From Candidatus Thorarchaeota archaeon (GTDB taxonomy: Archaea; Asgardarchaeota; Thorarchaeia; Thorarchaeales; Thorarchaeaceae): a stretch of 10,480 bases of DNA. Of this stretch, positions 6,118 to 10,480 are shown in pieces. The position numbers and the translations under genes are program-made. The stretch covers positions 1 to 10,480 of the forward strand of contig JBHLQH010000069.1 of NCBI GenBank assembly GCA_048884965.1, given 5' to 3'. Numbering within the stretch: position 1 is the first letter of the stretch; each line of letters starts with the position of its first letter. Under the pieces are notes generated by a model that was given only the letters and a program-made list of their open reading frames with translations, ran no database searches and was not told the origin of the DNA.

Positions 6118-8724
6118 CTAATCTTTCTCTTCGAGGATAGCCTCGACCTTCGATAGTCTATCCTTTAGGTCCCTGTTCTCCTTCTCAAGGTCCTCAACAG
6201 ACTTCTGGAGGGATTTTACATCAGTGGAGTCTTTCTTTTTGCTCAGCGCACGTATCGCTACTCTTGCAAGTCTAATAATGTCTGAATCAACATGTCCTTC
6301 AGCAAGCTTCTGTAGTGACGGTATCAATTCGGCTGAACCATATCCTCTGGCAGCATTTATTGCGGCTATCTGAACCTTGTATGACCTATCATGAAGTAGA
6401 CCTTCAATGATGTCCTTGACGGCAGGATGCTTCTTCTTGTACTTCCTGCCAAGATCTGCAAGCAATACTGGAGCTGTTCTTCGTAGATAGTCATCATGTC
6501 CGGGTTTCGTGTACTCGGAGATGACTGGAATCGCCTCGGCCTTCTGGGTTTCTTTTAGACCACTGAGATACCCTCTTCGGACGATCTCGGTCCAGCTATC
6601 AGGTGCACCCTTGATACCTTTCTCGAGAATATCAAACGATCTCCTATGTCGTAGTTTCCCTATCGATGTGGCTGCAGATGCCACGACGAAATAGGATTCC
6701 TCATCCTTCAGGAGGATTTGCAGAGCTTCCAATGCCCTCTCATTTTGGTAGTAGTTGCCCAAAGCTCCTGCCACATCAGTTCGAGCCCTGCTATCCTTGA
6801 GATTACAGCCTCTTAGAAGCTGAGTAAGGGCTGACTCGTTCTTAATCTTTCCAAGGACCTTTGCAACCTCTGTTTGCACTCCCCAGAAAGGCTCTGTTAT
6901 CAATGCCTTGCCTAGCGCTTCGAGAGACCTCGGGTTGGCCTTCTTGCCAAGTGCCTGTGCAGCCTTGATTCTTTGCATAACCGTTCGACCTTTGTGCAGC
7001 TGCTCAATCCACATTGGTTCAGGTTTTATGATATCCCAATCCATCAAGACTGCATAGTCAGGGTCGATCAACATCTGCTTTGGCTTCTTGTGAACCGGAT
7101 AGTAGAAGCTGTGTATCCGCTCATTTACTTGCATCGTATAGCGGGTGCTCTCTCCCGATTCATCTACAAACTCCACAGTTAGAGGGAACTTGAATACTCC
7201 AGGCGTCATCCCATCATCATGTTTCTGTGTCTGTTCGACCTTCACTAGGGCATGACCCATCTTCTCGTCATGAGAGCAGGTAATCCTGCATTCGGGATAC
7301 CCGGCTTTATAGAGCCACTGTTCAAAGAACCAACCATAGTCCTCACCGGTCATTTCTGTGAAAAGAGATTCCAGATCATGAGTATACGGTGACTTATGGG
7401 CGAATCTCTTCATCCATTCACCTAGTATCTTCCACCACCGTTCTTCTCCGACAAGGTGCTTGAGCATATAATAGCGCCACGCGGCTCCGGGGTAGAGGTG
7501 CCTGTCGAACATATCGGAGCCCCGCTCCCATTCGTTCTGTACGATAGGACGTCTGTACTGATTCTTGTCCTCGTCAAAATACGATGTCTGCTTCCCATAC
7601 TGCTCATAGAGATATTCGTCGAAGCCCTTGTCATGGAGCTTCCACTCATTCTGCATCTGGGTTCCCCATCCCTCGTTGAGCCAACCATGCGACCAAGTTC
7701 GACAAGTAACTAGGTCCCCACCCCACATGTGAGCAAGCTCATGAGCGACAAGACCATCGGATTGATAGTCCTTGTGAGTCTTCTCATCGTGTAGAGTAAT
7801 ATCTGTCTGAGTGGTCGCACTTGTATTCTCCATGCCTCCAATGACGAAGTTGGCCGCTGTAATCTGCGCATATTTGGCCCATGGGTACTTAACTCCAAGC
7901 TTCTCCTCGAAGAACTTGATCATCTCGGGAGTTTTCCCAAAGGAACGATAGACCGTTTCCTTGTCCCACCGTTTATGTGCGTAGTAGCTCACCTCAAGGC
8001 CATTCATATCCTCCTTGTATTCCACATACTCTGATGCCGCCATAGTCATCAGATATGCGGTTATTGGAAGCTCTTGCACCCAATGGAAGGTCTCTGTTCC
8101 GTCCTCGTTCTTCTTCCGCTCCTTCAAGTATCCATTGCTCATAGCGAAGTAGCCTTCAGGTACAGTAAGGATGGTTTCTGTAGGGAACTTATGACTTGGA
8201 TTATCATAGATGGGCACACACGCTCTGCAGCAATCATCCTGCATCTGTGTCCAGAAAGAGCTCTCGATATTGGGAAACTCGGGTGTTTTATTCGTGAACC
8301 ATAGCCCCACTCGTGGTCTCTCAATCGTATAGGCGAAGGTAAGCTCCTCCTCATTGCCTTCCTCGAGAACCTTTGATAGATACACCATCATGCTCTCAGA
8401 ATCAGGCTGGATATCGAACTCGAGTTCCTCTCCTGAGGAGTCTGTAATCCCTGAGATGTTTAGGTCGAGGACGTGCAGGAACACCTTTGATAGACTTGGC
8501 ACTATGGAAGTGAGTCTAATCTTTGATATCGCATCTACCCGCTCATTGACAATATCAACATTCCAATCCACTATCAAGAGGTCAATGTTATAATGACGCG
8601 GAGGCGTCCATTGTGGTCTTGCTGTAGGAAAAGTGAACGATTCTCTTTCCGCGGCGAAAACGCTCTTCTGTTCTACTGAGTCGCCCCGCATCAGAGAGTC
8701 TAGATAATCATGAAAGTCTGTCAT
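6118..8724 (-). CDS. pepN: M1 family zinc aminopeptidase (PepN-like) with C-terminal HEAT repeats and coiled coil
   Basis: GGMEN exopeptidase motif (7825-7839), HELAH-x18-E zinc motif (HELAH at 7729-7743, E in WLNEG), catalytic Tyr in HLY (7492-7494), WFFEQWLYKAGYP, then HEAT-like repeats (RIKAAQALGK, VQTEVAKVLGK, ARTDVAGALG, VVASAATSIGK). Start placed at ATG 8724 (868 aa) because GAAGGT precedes it; the TTG at 8766 is less likely. Confidence 0.93.
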   Translation of the reverse strand: MTDFHDYLDSLMRGDSVEQKSVFAAERESFTFPTARPQWTPPRHYNIDLLIVDWNVDIVNERVDAISKIRLTSIVPSLSKVFLHVLDLNISGITDSSGEELEFDIQPDSESMMVYLSKVLEEGNEEELTFAYTIERPRVGLWFTNKTPEFPNIESSFWTQMQDDCCRACVPIYDNPSHKFPTETILTVPEGYFAMSNGYLKERKKNEDGTETFHWVQELPITAYLMTMAASEYVEYKEDMNGLEVSYYAHKRWDKETVYRSFGKTPEMIKFFEEKLGVKYPWAKYAQITAANFVIGGMENTSATTQTDITLHDEKTHKDYQSDGLVAHELAHMWGGDLVTCRTWSHGWLNEGWGTQMQNEWKLHDKGFDEYLYEQYGKQTSYFDEDKNQYRRPIVQNEWERGSDMFDRHLYPGAAWRYYMLKHLVGEERWWKILGEWMKRFAHKSPYTHDLESLFTEMTGEDYGWFFEQWLYKAGYPECRITCSHDEKMGHALVKVEQTQKHDDGMTPGVFKFPLTVEFVDESGESTRYTMQVNERIHSFYYPVHKKPKQMLIDPDYAVLMDWDIIKPEPMWIEQLHKGRTVMQRIKAAQALGKKANPRSLEALGKALITEPFWGVQTEVAKVLGKIKNESALTQLLRGCNLKDSRARTDVAGALGNYYQNERALEALQILLKDEESYFVVASAATSIGKLRHRRSFDILEKGIKGAPDSWTEIVRRGYLSGLKETQKAEAIPVISEYTKPGHDDYLRRTAPVLLADLGRKYKKKHPAVKDIIEGLLHDRSYKVQIAAINAARGYGSAELIPSLQKLAEGHVDSDIIRLARVAIRALSKKKDSTDVKSLQKSVEDLEKENRDLKDRLSKVEAILEEKD

Positions 8725-8859
8725 TGGAGAATTACCTTCTTTTTTGTACACTGAAAATGCTATCAAGCATTAGATGAGTGTTCCCGTTGGACCAATTCGA
8801 AGAACCGGAAGTGATAGGTATCGGTTTGCACTTATTTATTCCTTAATGGGGCATGCAGA

Positions 8860-9654
8860 TTGATAGTGGACACTCATTGTCATCTTGAGATGTACGCGAA
8901 CAACACAGAGCAGGCACTATCTGATCTGAAGAAGAACGCAATCGTTGCGATTAGCCTATCCAACGGGATTCCCTCCTATGAACGAACGCTAGACATCGCA
9001 ACTAGATGTGAGATGGTTATCCCTGGCTTTGGCATTCATCCGCATAATGCTCCTGAGGTAATGGATCACTTGGATGTCATCCGAGAATATGCATACAAAT
9101 GCATCGTCCTCGGTGAGATAGGATTGGATCATTTCTTTGCAAAGGACTCTTCTACATATCCCCTCCAAGAGGAACTGCTCAAAGTATTCCTTGAAGTTGC
9201 GGAGAAGAATGATGCGATCCTCAGTATCCACAGTCGTGGTGCAGACCTCAAGGTCGCAGCGATATTAGATTCCTTTCACCTTTCACGTGTAGTCATTCAT
9301 GGCTTTGATCAAGGCATGGAGGTCGCGAATCAGCTGACTGATAGAGGCATCTATCTGTCGTTCGGTCCTCTTATCTCAGAAAGGTACTCTGATATCGTAC
9401 CCCAGTGGGATGATGTTCGTGAGGCTGCATCAAATGTCCCTGACGACCTCCTGCTTATGGAAAGCGATGCCCCTGGGTCATATACTGATGAGATGCCCTC
9501 GGAGAGGATATTCCAAGTTCTAAGCATTCTCTCTTCTCTTCGATTACAGCCTCCGCGAGATACTCAGGATCTCATGAATCGTAATTTTCTGAGATTGATT
9601 GCTGGCATTCCGCAGCTTGAGGGGCAGCGATCTCTAGTTCAATCAGACATGTAA
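8860..9654 (+). CDS. tatD: TatD family metal-dependent hydrolase/nuclease
   Basis: DTHCH, GIHP, LGEIGLD, SIHSR, VIHGF and LMESDAP motifs in the canonical order. The TTG start gives the typical MIVDTHCHL N-terminus. AT-rich TTATTTATT at 8832-8840 may be its TATA box. Confidence 0.93.
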   Translation: MIVDTHCHLEMYANNTEQALSDLKKNAIVAISLSNGIPSYERTLDIATRCEMVIPGFGIHPHNAPEVMDHLDVIREYAYKCIVLGEIGLDHFFAKDSSTYPLQEELLKVFLEVAEKNDAILSIHSRGADLKVAAILDSFHLSRVVIHGFDQGMEVANQLTDRGIYLSFGPLISERYSDIVPQWDDVREAASNVPDDLLLMESDAPGSYTDEMPSERIFQVLSILSSLRLQPPRDTQDLMNRNFLRLIAGIPQLEGQRSLVQSDM

Positions 9655-9782
9655 CAACGATTGTGCTTTCCAGTAAGCGCCAAATCACCTCAATTCTTTG
9701 AGAATTCATGAAATAGTCTGAAACGGCCACCTTCGAAGCGCTTATTAGCTAATTATTCAATTAAGTATGATTGTGTCCCTTG

Positions 9783-9796
9783 GAAAGGTTTTTATT
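9783..9796 (+). promoter_or_regulatory. Candidate BRE-TATA promoter of the rRNA transcription unit
   Basis: GAAAGG (BRE-like) is directly followed by TTTTTATT. The predicted start near 9815-9822 coincides with the 5' strand of the first leader helix. Confidence 0.6.
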
Positions 9797-9819
9797 CACT
9801 TTCTGTGGGGAACGGTTAC

Positions 9820-10114
9820 TTCGCATCCAACGGTGCTATGCTAGAGCTTCGGCGGTAGCCCTGCGATGACAGTTAATGGCTTCCAGATGCGAATACAAGA
9901 TGCGGACGTGAGATAGACTGACGCAAATGTGTCAGAGTCCCCTCAGGTCTAAGATATGCTCAACAGTGTGCAGGTATAATTGGGTAAGAACATCCCTTCT
10001 TTCCCCGTTTTAGCCTGTACTTCATTCAAGCGTTAAGTTTAGTGTGCTAAAGTTGTACGTGGTGACCGAATACTACTCCGGTCATACCTTGCTAAACATG
10101 TACAATTGTGATCA
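9820..10114 (+). other. 5' external transcribed spacer (pre-rRNA leader)
   Basis: No ORF in the track. Several helices: TTCGCATC 9820-9827 / GATGCGAA 9886-9893; CTGACGC/GTGTCAG 9918-9935; TGACCG/CGGTCA 10063-10084; GTTGTACGT 10052-10060 / ATGTACAAT 10098-10106. Confidence 0.6.
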
Positions 10115-10480
10115 ACTCTAGTTGATCCTGCTAGAGGACACTGCTATTGGCTTGGGGTTAAGACATGCAAGTTGAACGAGCACGCATCCGTGTTCGTGGC
10201 GAACGGCTCAGTAGTGTTGTTAACTTACCCTGTAGATGCGGACAACGCCGGGAAACTGGCGGTAATCCGCAATAGGAGCGATGTTCTGGAAATGATTTTG
10301 CTTCAAAATGGTGCCCCTAGGTATGTTGGGGTTTCTGCTACAGGATGGGACAGCACCGGATCATACTTGTAAGTGGGGTAAATGCCCACTTAGGTTGTGA
10401 CCCGAACGGGCGATGTAAGTCGTGGCCCGGAGAAGGCAACTGAGACAAGGTGCCTAGCCCCACGGGGTGCAGCAGTTACG
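10115..10480 (+). rRNA. rrs: 16S (SSU) rRNA, archaeal type, 5' domain only (runs off the window), strongly divergent
   Basis: Conserved landmarks in order: GTTGATCCTGC, CATGCAAGT, GAACGGCTCAGTA, GGGAAACT, CTGAGACA, ACGGGGTGCAGCAG. Helices h1 and h5-h14 can be folded by hand. Hand-counted GC is about 53% (193/366). The 5' end is approximate (+/-2 nt). Confidence 0.96.

Noticed and set aside
5870-8593. Short alternate-frame ORFs overlapping the secreted-protein and aminopeptidase genes
   Set aside because: All are under 90 aa, lie largely or wholly inside supported CDSs, and have no recognisable motifs.
8725-8766. 14-codon N-terminal extension of the aminopeptidase from TTG 8766
   Set aside because: The ATG at 8724 has an SD-like GAAGGT upstream, and the extension reads like UTR sequence (A-run).
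8781-8810. Imperfect inverted repeat TTCCCGTT-N14-AACCGGAA in the pepN/tatD divergent region
   Set aside because: Only 7 of 8 matches with a long spacer; within chance expectation without conservation data.
9655-10114. Possible tRNA, riboswitch or CRISPR array in the tatD-16S intergenic region
   Set aside because: No cloverleaf with T-loop and D-loop consensus, no recognisable riboswitch core and no regularly spaced repeats.
9899-10243. 10-mer AGATGCGGAC present in both the leader (9899-9908) and the 16S (10234-10243)
   Set aside because: One shared 10-mer within about 800 nt is plausible by chance, and there is no array or spacer structure.
10172-10372. 66-aa ORF near the window end
   Set aside because: It lies entirely within the 16S rRNA gene.
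10115-10480. Interpretation of the divergent 16S as a pseudogene or as eukaryotic/bacterial SSU
   Set aside because: Substitutions are compensatory and a promoter and leader are present. The TTGATCCTGC start, GGCTCAGT, short h6 and ACGGGGTGCAGCAG fit archaeal SSU, with no eukaryotic expansion segments.

Overview
Archaeal genomic window. The SSU rRNA is archaeal-type, and there are BRE/TATA-like promoters and GGAGGT-type ribosome-binding sites. An Asgard/Thorarchaeia-like sediment heterotroph is my impression only and cannot be proven here. Left to right: a family-5 peptide ABC transporter operon (5'-truncated substrate-binding protein, two permeases, two ATPases with Cys-rich tails); a small secreted, probably N-glycosylated protein of unknown function; a convergent M1 zinc aminopeptidase with HEAT repeats and a terminal leucine zipper; a divergently transcribed TatD hydrolase; and a promoter, structured leader and first ~366 nt of a 16S rRNA gene. 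The most striking signal is the 16S gene. It is substituted at positions that are nearly invariant in Archaea and mismatches the 21F, A109F and 344F primer sites, yet the helical changes I checked are compensated, so it looks functional but strongly divergent. No mobile element, CRISPR array or tRNA was seen.
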